Shown here piece by piece: positions 20,373-30,401 of a stretch of DNA of 64,000 bases. The stretch lies in NCBI GenBank assembly GCA_032161105.1, contig JAVHTD010000013.1, one strand, 5' to 3'. The notes under the pieces are model-generated. The model saw only the letters and a program-made list of their open reading frames with translations, made no database searches and had not been told where the DNA came from. Each line of letters starts with the position of its first letter. Position 1 is the first letter of the stretch. Origin of the DNA: Candidatus Thermosaccharophagus tengchongensis. Lineage in GTDB: Bacteria; Armatimonadota; Fervidibacteria; Fervidibacterales; Thermosaccharophagaceae. The position numbers and the translations under genes are program-made.

Positions 20373-21287
20373 ATGAGGCGTCCTTATGCCATGATTATGA
20401 GCGCATGGTTGATTTGCGTTCCCATCCTCGCACTTCATCTTGTCCTCGGTGAGGAAGGCGAAAAGGCGGTCCATAGCAAGCCGATCAAAAGCTTCGTGGA
20501 GAAGCTGTCGGGCACGCTCGTCAAATTTGAGATGGTCTACATTCCCGGTGGCGTTTATGAGATGCCCGACCCATTAAACCCGGGGCGAATCCGAACGGTT
20601 GAGATTAAGCCGTTTTGGTTGGGCAAGACTGAGGTCACTTGGGACGAATTTGATGTTTACATGTATCGGCTTGACAAAGCCGACCCGAAGGCGAAGGAGG
20701 CAGACGCCGTTGCACGCCCAAGCCATCCGTATGGCGCTCCTGATAGGGGCTTTGGGCACTTCGGCTATCCGGCGATGAGCTTATCCTTTCATTCAGCAGA
20801 GCATTACTGCAAGTGGCTGTCAGTCAAGACGGGCAAGAAATATCGTCTCCCAAATGAAGCTGAGTGGGAGTATGCTTGTAGGGCTAACAACTTGCCGGCT
20901 GGCAAGCTTGATAGGGATTTGCTTGATCGCATGGCATGGCACAGTGGGAATTCGGATGAGCAAACTCACCCAGTTGCGAGCAAAGAGCCAAACGCATGGG
21001 GTCTGTATGACATGCTTGGCAATGTGGCTGAATGGTGCATCGGAGTTGATGGCAAGCCAGTTGTTCGTGGCGGCTCTTACATTGACCCGCCCGAGAATGT
21101 GCACCCACTTGCGAGGGCATATCAAACACCCGAGTGGCAACTCTCCGACCCGCAAGAGCCAAAGAGCAAGTGGTGGCTCACGGACGCGCCATTCGTCGGA
21201 TTTAGAGTGGCTTGTGATGACGAACACGAGAGGGTAAACACTATGGTGAAACGGCACCTCATCCTCGCCAAAGTGGGCGGCAATTAA
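20373..21287 (+). CDS. FGE-sulfatase (SUMF1/EgtB/PvdO) family protein, probably exported
   Basis: FWLGKTEVT, YRLPNEAEWEYACR, PNAWGLYDMLGNVAEW, RGGS, GFR. Confidence 0.88.
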   Translation: MRRPYAMIMSAWLICVPILALHLVLGEEGEKAVHSKPIKSFVEKLSGTLVKFEMVYIPGGVYEMPDPLNPGRIRTVEIKPFWLGKTEVTWDEFDVYMYRLDKADPKAKEADAVARPSHPYGAPDRGFGHFGYPAMSLSFHSAEHYCKWLSVKTGKKYRLPNEAEWEYACRANNLPAGKLDRDLLDRMAWHSGNSDEQTHPVASKEPNAWGLYDMLGNVAEWCIGVDGKPVVRGGSYIDPPENVHPLARAYQTPEWQLSDPQEPKSKWWLTDAPFVGFRVACDDEHERVNTMVKRHLILAKVGGN

Positions 21288-21317
21288 TGGCGCATGAAAT
21301 GCGTTTGGAAAAAGCGC

Positions 21318-21326
21318 TGCTATAAT
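21318..21326 (+). promoter_or_regulatory. Extended -10 promoter element for yceD-rpmF
   Basis: TGCTATAAT matches TGnTATAAT, about 55 bp upstream of the yceD start. Confidence 0.6.
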
Positions 21327-21380
21327 GTTGTGTGTTAGTTAGCGCCGTTCACCGTGCCCCATCAAAGTTGGTGATGGCTC

Positions 21381-21914
21381 ATGAGACTTGACTTGCGAAG
21401 GATAATTCGCCACGCGGGAGCATCCGTCACAAGATCATACCGAGAGGTGATTTACCTTGACAGGGAGGAGGTGAATGTGGAGGTTAGCGGCGATGTCACA
21501 GCGCGAAATGATGGGCGATTGGTGATTGTTCATGGGACGGTCAGTGGAAGTGTCATGCTGCGTTGCAGCAGGTGCCTTAAGCCGACCGAGTGCCATGTGC
21601 AAGCCGAATTTGAAGCTGAGTGTGAGGTCAAAAACTTCTTCGCGATGGCGGAGGGAAACTACGAAGGGCTTGATGAGGAAGTCACATCAATCTTTGATGA
21701 GTCAACTGCTGATGTGACAGAACTTGCAAGGCAAGCTTTAATTCTCGCCTTGCCAATGCGACCACTTTGCAGGGCTGATTGCAAAGGCATATGCCCGTAT
21801 TGCGGTGCTGACTTGAACGAAGGACCGTGCAGCTGCAAACCACCAAAAGACCCAAGATGGGCTAAGCTTGAAGAGCTGCTCACCAAGATGAAGGGAAGAG
21901 CAAAATCGCCATAA
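21381..21914 (+). CDS. yceD: DUF177/YceD family protein
   Basis: CSRCL, LPMRPLCRADCKGICPYCGADLN..C.C..DPRW; upstream of rpmF. Confidence 0.92.
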   Translation: MRLDLRRIIRHAGASVTRSYREVIYLDREEVNVEVSGDVTARNDGRLVIVHGTVSGSVMLRCSRCLKPTECHVQAEFEAECEVKNFFAMAEGNYEGLDEEVTSIFDESTADVTELARQALILALPMRPLCRADCKGICPYCGADLNEGPCSCKPPKDPRWAKLEELLTKMKGRAKSP

Positions 21915-22025
21915 GGGCTTACACAGCTGATAACCTGCAGCAGAATGCACAGCTAATCCATGTTGGGGTAACAAACCGCCCCCGTTCAATCAGTTAACTC
22001 TTGTGCAAGTTGGAGGGTGAATGAG

Positions 22026-22226
22026 ATGGCAGTTCCAAAGCGTAAGGTCTCAAGGACAAGGCGCGATAAGCGCAGGACACATTGGAAACTTAAGCCACCC
22101 ACCTTCTCCCTATGCCCGCAGTGTCGTAAGCCAGTCCTACCACATCGCGCATGCACATTCTGCGGTTATTACAAGGGCGTGATTGTCCTGCCGAGGGAGA
22201 AAAAGGGCATGGGCGAGGAGGCATAA
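22026..22226 (+). CDS. rpmF: 50S ribosomal protein L32 (Zn-ribbon type)
   Basis: MAVPKRKVSRTRRDKRR, CPQC...HRACTFCGYY. Confidence 0.97.
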   Translation: MAVPKRKVSRTRRDKRRTHWKLKPPTFSLCPQCRKPVLPHRACTFCGYYKGVIVLPREKKGMGEEA

Positions 22227-22418
22227 GCATCGTGTGAGGCCGGCTTTCCAACCGCTCTCCATACCTGCAACATGCCACAATGAGCTGCACTAATGCAAGT
22301 CTAACTTTTGCCTCCTCAGGGTTGCGTGTGTGCGGTTGCACAAGCCATATTCGTTATTAGCGCCGGTGTTGATTGTCATTTGCTGTGTGCAGATCCTGAA
22401 CGGCATGAGGTGAAGCTA

Positions 22419-24845
22419 ATGGGTGCACAGAAGTTGAGTGCGAGTGAAGTGAGAGCCACATGCGACCCAAGTGAACTTGACTTTGAGACAACGGCAGAGC
22501 TGCCACCGCTCAATGAAATCATCGGGCAACCGAGGGCAACTGAAGCGCTGCGCTTTGGCGTTGACATTGACAGCTTCGGTTACAACATCTTCGCGCTCGG
22601 ACCACCGGGGACGGGCAAGATGAGCTTCGTCAAGAGTGTGCTTGATGAGGTGGCAAAGAGTAAGCCTGTCCCGGACGACTGGTGCTATGTCTACAACTTC
22701 TCAGAGCCACATCGCCCAAGGGCACTGAGGTTGCCTGCAGGTATGGGGAATGAGTTCAAGCGCGACATGGAAAAGCTGATTGAGCACTTAAAGCGCGAGA
22801 TTGGCAGGGTGTTTGAGAGCGAGGATTATCAACGCCAGCGCCAAGAGGTGATAAATGCCCTTCAAAGGGAACGGGATAAAGTCCTGGCAGAGCTTGAGCG
22901 CCGTGCGAACGAAATGGGCTTTGCAATAATTGGCACGCCTGCCGGTCCAATGCCTGCACCGCTTTTGGGCAACGCCATAATGACGCCAGAACAGTTCATG
23001 CAACTTCCAGAGCCAATTAAGGAGCGGATTGAGGAAAACAGGCGAGAGCTGCTCAACGAAATACAGACAGTGATGCGCGACTTGGGGAAGCGCGAGCGTG
23101 AGGCACGCCAGCAGCTTGAAGAGTTGGACAGGAAAGTGGCAGTGCTTGCCGTCGGACATGTCATAAGCGACCTGATGGAAAAGTATGCCGCCCATGAACA
23201 AGTTGTTGATTACCTTCGCCAAGTGCAAGAGGATGTCGTTAACAATGTCAATGCGTTCCGCACCGCAGCTCAACAGGAAACAACACAGACACATCCACTT
23301 GCCGCCGCAATATTTGACCGCTACAAAGTGAATGTGCTCGTTGACAACAGTAGCCTTCAAGGCGCCCCCGTCGTCGTTGAGACGAACCCAACATATTACA
23401 ACTTGGTTGGGCGAATTGAATACAGGCTTGAGATGGGCGCATTCATTGCGCACTTCACGATGATAAAGCCGGGCGCATTGCACAGGGCTAATGGCGGTTA
23501 CCTCATCCTTGATGCGAAGGCGCTGTTATCAAATCCATTCTCGTGGGATGCGCTCAAGCGGGCGCTCAATGACCGCCAAATACGAATTGAGGAGCCGGGA
23601 GAGGCATTCAGACTGATAAGCATTGCCAGTTTGAGCCCCGAACCAATACCGCTCAATGTCAAAGTTGTGCTTGTTGGCAGCCCTTGGCTTTATTACCTGC
23701 TGCAAGCCTTTGATGAGGACTTCCGAGGATTGTTTAAAGTCAAAGCGGACTTTGATGTCGTCATGGACAAGACGGATGAGAATGTGCGCAAGTATGCCAT
23801 GTTCATTGCCTCAAGGTGCGCCGAAGAAAACTTGAAGCCGTTTGATAAGACGGCGGTTGCGAAGGTGATTGAATACAGCTGTCGGCTCGTTTCCGACCAA
23901 AGGAAACTGTCAACGCACTTTGCGAGCATATGTGACATTCTCCGTGAGGCAAACTATTGGGCATCGCGCAACGGACGAGAATTCGTCACCGCAGAGGATG
24001 TCAGGATGGCGATTGAAAGGAGAGTCTATAGGGTCAACCTGATTGAGGAGCGCCTGCTTGAGATGTTCAGGGACGGCACACTGCTCGTTGATGTTGATGG
24101 CGAGCGTGTTGGCACGGTAAACGGGCTTGCCATCGTGGACCTTGGAGACCACATCTTCGGCAAGCCAACACGAATAACGGCGCGCACATTCCTTGGGCGC
24201 GGGAGTGTAATCAACATTGAGCGTGAGGTGGCTATGAGCGGCAGGATACATTCAAAGGCTGTGATGATACTCTCAGGCTACCTTAGGGGCAAGTATGCGC
24301 AGGACAAGCCGCTGGGCATAGGAGCGCAGCTAACATTTGAGCAGTTGTATGACGAGGTTGAGGGTGACAGCGCAAGCGCGGCTGAACTGTATGCGCTTCT
24401 GTCAAGCATTTCGGGCGTGCCAGTGAAACAGGGCATCGCAGTGACTGGCTCAGTCAACCAGTATGGCGAAATACAGCCAGTTGGCGGCGTCACTTACAAG
24501 GTTGAGGGATTTTTTGATGTGTGCCGAGTAAAGGGATTGAATGGGCAACAGGGCGTCATCATACCGAAACAAAATGTGCATAACTTGATGCTGCGCGAGG
24601 ATGTCGTTGAGGCAATTGAGAAGGGGCTATTTCACATCTGGGCAATAGGCAACATTGATGATGGTGTGAAAGTGCTCATGGGCATTGAAGCTGGCGAGCG
24701 ACAACCCGATGGAACTTATCCAGAGGGCACTTTGCATGCGCTCGTTGAAAAGCGGCTTTCGGAGATGGCAGAGCTAATGCGCAAGTTGCAACAGCCAAGT
24801 GATGAAAAGGATAGAGGTGACAACGACCGTAAAGGCAACCCTTAG
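22419..24845 (+). CDS. Lon-family protease, LonC/AAA_32 type
   Basis: IGQPRA, GPPGTGK, PDDWCYVYNF, PGALHRANGG, catalytic GDSAS and GGVTYK dyad. Confidence 0.92.
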   Translation: MGAQKLSASEVRATCDPSELDFETTAELPPLNEIIGQPRATEALRFGVDIDSFGYNIFALGPPGTGKMSFVKSVLDEVAKSKPVPDDWCYVYNFSEPHRPRALRLPAGMGNEFKRDMEKLIEHLKREIGRVFESEDYQRQRQEVINALQRERDKVLAELERRANEMGFAIIGTPAGPMPAPLLGNAIMTPEQFMQLPEPIKERIEENRRELLNEIQTVMRDLGKREREARQQLEELDRKVAVLAVGHVISDLMEKYAAHEQVVDYLRQVQEDVVNNVNAFRTAAQQETTQTHPLAAAIFDRYKVNVLVDNSSLQGAPVVVETNPTYYNLVGRIEYRLEMGAFIAHFTMIKPGALHRANGGYLILDAKALLSNPFSWDALKRALNDRQIRIEEPGEAFRLISIASLSPEPIPLNVKVVLVGSPWLYYLLQAFDEDFRGLFKVKADFDVVMDKTDENVRKYAMFIASRCAEENLKPFDKTAVAKVIEYSCRLVSDQRKLSTHFASICDILREANYWASRNGREFVTAEDVRMAIERRVYRVNLIEERLLEMFRDGTLLVDVDGERVGTVNGLAIVDLGDHIFGKPTRITARTFLGRGSVINIEREVAMSGRIHSKAVMILSGYLRGKYAQDKPLGIGAQLTFEQLYDEVEGDSASAAELYALLSSISGVPVKQGIAVTGSVNQYGEIQPVGGVTYKVEGFFDVCRVKGLNGQQGVIIPKQNVHNLMLREDVVEAIEKGLFHIWAIGNIDDGVKVLMGIEAGERQPDGTYPEGTLHALVEKRLSEMAELMRKLQQPSDEKDRGDNDRKGNP

Positions 24846-24992
24846 GGGGCGGTTATCGGGCTGCACGCAATCCCTGCGGATTGGCATAACCCTTTGCGTA
24901 TATCTTGCGAGTGAGCTATCGCCTGCCCTCGTGTAACCTTTTGTAAAAACCCTTCATTCGGGTGCGGCATACTTAAGCGATTGGGGTGACTG

Positions 24993-25943
24993 GTGATGTG
25001 GAGGGCAGTCGTGGTCTGTGCCGTGGTTGGCATAATGGTTTTAACGCTGCACGCCAATTCAGCCGCTTGCAACCGGAGTGATTACCACATCGTTCAAAAT
25101 GGGGACACCCTTTGGAAGATTGCGAGGGCGCACAATACCACCGTGCAAAGCCTGTGCAAAGCTAATGGGTTGAGCGAACAAAGCATCATTCATCCGGGCG
25201 ATAAGTTAATCATCCCACAAAAATCGCCGAGCGCAACAACTGGGCTGGCGCCAAACCTGCGACCCGGAATGAAGATGCTTGTGCGGGCAACCAATGTCAA
25301 TGTCCGATGTGGACCATCAACATCGTCAAAGCGCATCGGGATGGTTGACAGGGGCGATGTTGGGACGGTGGTTAAAACTTGCGGGCAATGGGTTAAAGCC
25401 TCATTTCGCACAAAGGGGATTACTGGGTGGGTGAAGACGGATTTCATTGAAGCGTGCAAAACAGTTTGTAGTAAGGCACGGAGCGCAGCGGAGTGCCGTC
25501 AAAAACACCACTCCGCTATCGCAGATCATGCCTCAAGTAAGATGGCAAGCCATGTATCCCATTCCAACATGGGTGAGTTGCTCGCTGCAACAGCCCAACG
25601 CTACATCGGAACACCTTACCGGCGTGCATCAAGCTACCCATCAAGAGGTTTTGACTGTTCTGGCTTCGTCTATTACCTGCTCCTCAGGTTTGGTGTCATA
25701 GCCCCTCGCACTGCGAGCGCAATGTTCGGCATTGGCAAGCCAGTTAAGCGCACGGAGTTGCGCCCCGGGGACTTGGTCTTCTTTAAGACGACATCAAGTG
25801 ACAGAGTGACCCATGTCGGCATATACATCGGCGATGGCAAATTCGTGCATGCATCAAGTGGGGCAGGGAGAGTGACTGTAAGCCCATTAACACACGGCTA
25901 TTACGCAAACCGATATGCAGGCGCAAGGCGAGTCATTGAATGA
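24993..25943 (+). CDS. LysM-SH3-NlpC/P60 cell-wall peptidase
   Basis: Signal peptide, LysM (HIVQNGDTLWKIA), SH3b (NVRCGPS..W...GWV), GFDCSGF, PGDLVFF, HVGIYIG. Confidence 0.93.
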   Translation: MMWRAVVVCAVVGIMVLTLHANSAACNRSDYHIVQNGDTLWKIARAHNTTVQSLCKANGLSEQSIIHPGDKLIIPQKSPSATTGLAPNLRPGMKMLVRATNVNVRCGPSTSSKRIGMVDRGDVGTVVKTCGQWVKASFRTKGITGWVKTDFIEACKTVCSKARSAAECRQKHHSAIADHASSKMASHVSHSNMGELLAATAQRYIGTPYRRASSYPSRGFDCSGFVYYLLLRFGVIAPRTASAMFGIGKPVKRTELRPGDLVFFKTTSSDRVTHVGIYIGDGKFVHASSGAGRVTVSPLTHGYYANRYAGARRVIE

Positions 25944-26083
25944 CGATGAAGAGTCACGCCCAAAAGCCCCCTTTGAAAGAGGCATCCACAAAGCGTTACG
26001 CCGGCTGCTTCCTCCACATCCCGGAGAGCTAACCCAAGACGAACATACCCCACAAGCCCCACATTGAATGAGCAAGATGTCGG

Positions 26084-26112
26084 TTTACATTTATGCTCAA
26101 GTGCGCTATACT
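26084..26112 (+). promoter_or_regulatory. Sigma70-type promoter for the PMM/NDP-sugar genes
   Basis: TTTACA-17 nt-TATACT. Confidence 0.6.
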
Positions 26113-26233
26113 AAATGACGCCACTGCAAAAATTGACCCCATTCAGCGCTGCTATAAGCACGAGTTGCAGCAACATCTTCGGGTTAGAGTGGTGCTACGC
26201 GGTCGTGAAGGCATTTGAATGGAGGGGTAAGGT

Positions 26234-27616
26234 ATGCGCGTTGCTGTGGCAAAGCATATTTTCCGCCAGTATGACATCCGCGGTGTTTTTGGTGAGGACT
26301 TGAGCGAAGATGTGGCGAACCTGATTGGGAAGGCATATGGCACATTTGTCAGGCGCAACGGCGCAAGTGATATTGTCGTCGGACACGATAACCGTGCCAG
26401 TTCACCTGCCTTGCATTCGGCGATAATTGATGGATTGCTTTCAACCGGCTGCGATGTGATAGACATCGGTGAAACGCTGACACCGATACTTTACTTTGCA
26501 CGCCATGCCTATGGCACCAAAGGCGGTGTGATGATAACCGGCAGTCACAATCCGCCGCAGTATAACGGCTTCAAGCTGTGTTGGGGTGCCGGAACGCTAT
26601 TTGGCGAGCAAATCCAACACATCCGTGAGGTTATTGAGGCGGGCGACTTTGAGACTGGCTCAGGGAAGCTCACACAAAGGGACGCCATAAGTGACTACTA
26701 CGACTGGATAGCTGACCACATAAAGCTTGGCGATAGGAAGCTAAAAGTCGTCGTGGATGCCGGCAACGGGACTGCAGGTCCGATAGTCCCACCGCTGCTG
26801 CGCAGATTGGGATGTGAGGTGATTGAGCTCTACTGTGAGTCAGACAACACCTTCCCAAATCATCATCCAGACCCAGTCAAGGAGGAAAACCTTCGTGATT
26901 TGATCGCCAAGGTTGTTGAGAGCAACTCTGATGTTGGGCTGGGGTTTGATGGCGATGGAGATAGGCTTGGTGTAGTTGACGATAAAGGCAGCATCATTTG
27001 GGGCGACTACTTGCTCATCCTGTTTGCGAGGGAGATTCTGCGCTCGCACCCCGGGGCGAAGATAATCGTTGAGGTGAAGTGTTCACAGGCAACGGTTGAG
27101 GAGATAAAGCGAATTGGCGGCATCCCAATACTCTCACGGACTGGACACTCGTTCATAAAGGACATGCTCCACAAGGAAGGTGCATTGCTTGCCGGCGAAA
27201 TGAGTGGGCATATGTTCTTCGCCGATGAGTATTTTGGGTTTGATGATGCAGTCTATGCAGCTTGCAGGCTTTTGCGCATCCTATCAAATGCCCATGAACC
27301 ACTCTCACAACTTCTCTCAGATGTGCCGAGGTATTACTACACACCCGAAGTGAGGGTTCCGTGCTCAGATGATTGGAAGTTCAAAGTGGTTGCGCAAGTT
27401 GTGGATGACTTCAAGCGCAAATACGAAGTGATAGACATTGACGGTGCAAGGGTCTTGTTTGAGGATGGTTGGGGATTGGTTCGTGCGTCAAATACCGAGC
27501 CAATGCTCATCTTGAGGGCAGAGGGCAAAACGCCCGAAGCGCTTGAGCGGATAAAAGGCATCATCGCAGAGGAACTCTCAAAGCTGCTCCATATCTCAGC
27601 ATCGGAGCTCTGGTAA
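26234..27616 (+). CDS. Phosphomannomutase/phosphoglucomutase (AlgC-like)
   Basis: IFRQYDIRG, TGSHNP, FDGDGDR, GEMSGH, RASNTEP. Confidence 0.95.
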   Translation: MRVAVAKHIFRQYDIRGVFGEDLSEDVANLIGKAYGTFVRRNGASDIVVGHDNRASSPALHSAIIDGLLSTGCDVIDIGETLTPILYFARHAYGTKGGVMITGSHNPPQYNGFKLCWGAGTLFGEQIQHIREVIEAGDFETGSGKLTQRDAISDYYDWIADHIKLGDRKLKVVVDAGNGTAGPIVPPLLRRLGCEVIELYCESDNTFPNHHPDPVKEENLRDLIAKVVESNSDVGLGFDGDGDRLGVVDDKGSIIWGDYLLILFAREILRSHPGAKIIVEVKCSQATVEEIKRIGGIPILSRTGHSFIKDMLHKEGALLAGEMSGHMFFADEYFGFDDAVYAACRLLRILSNAHEPLSQLLSDVPRYYYTPEVRVPCSDDWKFKVVAQVVDDFKRKYEVIDIDGARVLFEDGWGLVRASNTEPMLILRAEGKTPEALERIKGIIAEELSKLLHISASELW

Positions 27617-27718
27617 GCCCACACATAAAGCCACTTTTACCGACGGATAAACGATTTAGCGGCATCGTCAGGCGCGAAGTGGCAACCGATGATGCTGTGG
27701 TGGCTGGAGGTGATAGAG

Positions 27719-28774
27719 GTGCAAGCGCTGGTTCTCATTGGGGGTTATGGGACTCGCTTGCGCCCGCTCACCTACACCGTTCCTAAGGCAATGGTGCCAA
27801 TAGCGAATGTGCCATTTATTGAGCACATGATGCGCTACTTGAAGTCAAATGGCGTTGAGCATGTTATCCTGACACTTTGCTACTTGCCAGACCAAATCAA
27901 AAGATACCTTGAGCACAACGATTGCGGGATCGCAGTTGACTTCGTTTTTGAGAGTGAGCCGCTTGGCACAGGTGGGGCTGTGAAAAATGCGGAGCACTTG
28001 CTTGAAGACGAGTTCCTCGTCTTCAACGGAGACATACTCACGACGATTGACCTGAAGAAGCTCGTGAGCTTTCACAGGGAGCACAATGCTTTCGTAACGA
28101 TTGCCTTAACGCCAGTTGACAACCCTTCACTTTACGGCGTTGTCGTGCTTGACAGCGACGGGCGAGTTCAAAAGTTCATTGAAAAGCCGCCAATTGAGCT
28201 CGCACCATCAAACCTGATAAACGCTGGAATTTATGTCTACCGAAAGGATGTGTTAAGGCACATACCGCCAAAGGTTGAATACTCGGTTGAAAGGCAACTA
28301 TACCCAAAGTTACTTGAGTGCGGCGAAAGGCTATTTGCCGTTGCATTCGCAGATGACTACTGGATTGACATAGGGAGCATTGACAAATACATGAGGGCAA
28401 ACTTTGACATCCTTGATGGCAAACTGCCGACACAAATTCGCGGCAAAGAGGTTTCGCCAAGGCTGTGGGCAGAGGATGGGGCAGAAATTAGCCAGAATGC
28501 GAAGATAATACCGCCTGCATTGATAGGCGCCAACTCGGTGATTGAGGCTGGGGCGCAAGTTGGTCCTTATGCCATCTTGGGGCGAAATGCGCTCGTTAAA
28601 TCGGGTGCCGTAGTTGAACACGCCATAATTTGGGATGGATGTGAGATCGGAAACAACGCGAGGGTTTGCGAGACCGTCCTCGGCTTTAACTGCAAAGTTG
28701 AAGATGGCGCGATAGCGACAATGCCAGTGTATGCATGCAATACAACCATTTGCGCCCAAGTTGCGATGACTTAA
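27719..28774 (+). CDS. Sugar-1-phosphate nucleotidyltransferase (mannose-1-phosphate guanylyltransferase-like)
   Basis: GGYGTRLRPLT..PK, EPLGTGG, NGD, FIEKP, INAGIY, WIDIG, hexapeptide C-terminus. Confidence 0.92.
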   Translation: MQALVLIGGYGTRLRPLTYTVPKAMVPIANVPFIEHMMRYLKSNGVEHVILTLCYLPDQIKRYLEHNDCGIAVDFVFESEPLGTGGAVKNAEHLLEDEFLVFNGDILTTIDLKKLVSFHREHNAFVTIALTPVDNPSLYGVVVLDSDGRVQKFIEKPPIELAPSNLINAGIYVYRKDVLRHIPPKVEYSVERQLYPKLLECGERLFAVAFADDYWIDIGSIDKYMRANFDILDGKLPTQIRGKEVSPRLWAEDGAEISQNAKIIPPALIGANSVIEAGAQVGPYAILGRNALVKSGAVVEHAIIWDGCEIGNNARVCETVLGFNCKVEDGAIATMPVYACNTTICAQVAMT

Positions 28775-29018
28775 ACAAGCTGACACTTTTGTGACAGCTC
28801 TGCTTGGCTGAAGCAAGACGAGGGTAAGTCTGGAGTGTATAGCAACGGCATTGCTGAGTTGAAGGCTTTGTGTCCAGAAGACGCATTATCTGCGCTGGAG
28901 GTGAGTGGTGGCATTGTGATAGCTGTGCGGGCGTGCGGATGTGGTTGCCACCTCCAAGCAACTTTTGGGAAAATTGGATTTTTTGCCAATACTGCAGCTG
29001 TGAAGGGAGGTGGAGACC

Positions 29019-30287
29019 ATGGCTGTTGCGCCCAAGCAGTTTGTTTACAGCGAAGTAGCTCGCAAGTTAAGAACCGCCACTTACCGTGATGGTCTTACGA
29101 TTGCCTTCGTTAGCACATACCCACCACAGGAGTGCGGAATAGCCACATACACACAAGACCTCATCCATGCCCTTGAGATGCATGGCTGCATCAAAAGGGC
29201 AACAGTTGTCGCCGTCTCCGATGGTGCGCAAGCTTATGATCACCATGTCAACTTCGTCATCAGGAAGAATAGCCGCAAAGATTACGCATTGGCAGCCGAA
29301 TTTTTGAATGATAGCGATGTTGACATAGTCAACATACAGCACGAATTTGGCATATTCGGCGGTGAAGATGGTGAATTCGTCCTTGAACTTTACAAGGGGC
29401 TGAAAAAGCCGATAGTAACCACCTTGCACACAATCCTATACAATGTGGACAGCTCAAAGCGGCGAATAACGCAGCTCATGGCTCAGCACTCCAAAAAACT
29501 CATCGTGATGAACAGCATTGCCTTCTGGCTGCTCTCATGGCACTATGGCATTGATGCGGCAAATGTCGCGCTGATCTATCATGGCGCCCCAGACATACCA
29601 TTTGGGCTGAAGGAGGAGGCAAAGAGGGAGCTTAATCTTTCGGGAAAAATTGTGCTATCAACATTCGGGTTGATCAACAGGGGCAAGGGAATTGAGTATG
29701 CCATCCAAGCCATGAGCCAAATTGTGAAGCACTATCCGCAGGCAATTTATCTCATCATCGGAAGGACACACCCGAATGTAGTCCGCTACGAGGGAGAATC
29801 ATATCGCATGGAGCTTGAGGAGTTGGTCAGGAAGCTCGGCTTAAGCGAACATGTCAAGTTCGTGAACAAGTATCTGACGAAGGGCGAAATAATACGCTAC
29901 CTTTGCGCATCCGACATATACATTTGCCCATACACTTCGTTGAATCAAATCGTTAGTGGCACACTTGCCTACGCTGTTGCTGCTGGAAAAGCCATAATTT
30001 CAACGCCTTCTCTATATGCCCAAGAAGTGCTGGCTGAAGGCAGAGGATTATTGTGCGAGCCTTGTAATCCAGAGTCAATTAGCGAGAAGGTAATCTACCT
30101 TTTGAGCAACCCAAGGGAGCTTGAAGCGTTGGAGAGGAGAGCATACCGTTTTGGTCGCCAAATGACATGGCAAGCAGTTGCTTGGGATCACGAGAGGCTT
30201 TTCAGAGAGGTCGTCGCATATTCATACACTCATCAAGCTTATCCATCGCTGAGCGATTCGCTGCACATCAGGGCAGCAAAGTTATGA
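29019..30287 (+). CDS. Glycosyltransferase family 4
   Basis: STYPPQECGIATY, QHEFGIFGG, TFGLI..KGIE, SGTLAYA. Confidence 0.92.
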   Translation: MAVAPKQFVYSEVARKLRTATYRDGLTIAFVSTYPPQECGIATYTQDLIHALEMHGCIKRATVVAVSDGAQAYDHHVNFVIRKNSRKDYALAAEFLNDSDVDIVNIQHEFGIFGGEDGEFVLELYKGLKKPIVTTLHTILYNVDSSKRRITQLMAQHSKKLIVMNSIAFWLLSWHYGIDAANVALIYHGAPDIPFGLKEEAKRELNLSGKIVLSTFGLINRGKGIEYAIQAMSQIVKHYPQAIYLIIGRTHPNVVRYEGESYRMELEELVRKLGLSEHVKFVNKYLTKGEIIRYLCASDIYICPYTSLNQIVSGTLAYAVAAGKAIISTPSLYAQEVLAEGRGLLCEPCNPESISEKVIYLLSNPRELEALERRAYRFGRQMTWQAVAWDHERLFREVVAYSYTHQAYPSLSDSLHIRAAKL

Positions 30288-30401
30288 GGGCGCGCTTTCA
30301 CGCCACCCAACGCGCAGAAATTCGCAGCATAACGCCAACGCCCGTTAGCCTACCATCCTCACACCAACCTCGCGAGCCATTGCAAGGTGAGGTGTGAGAG
30401 G

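Noticed and set aside
20373..21287. FGE/CLec-fold protein as a DGR target
   Set aside because: No second copy of its 3' end and no reverse transcriptase in the window
24846..24992. c-di-AMP (ydaO) riboswitch upstream of the LysM-NlpC/P60 gene
   Set aside because: Conserved GCTGAATC and CCCGTCAGCTAAC-type motifs are absent
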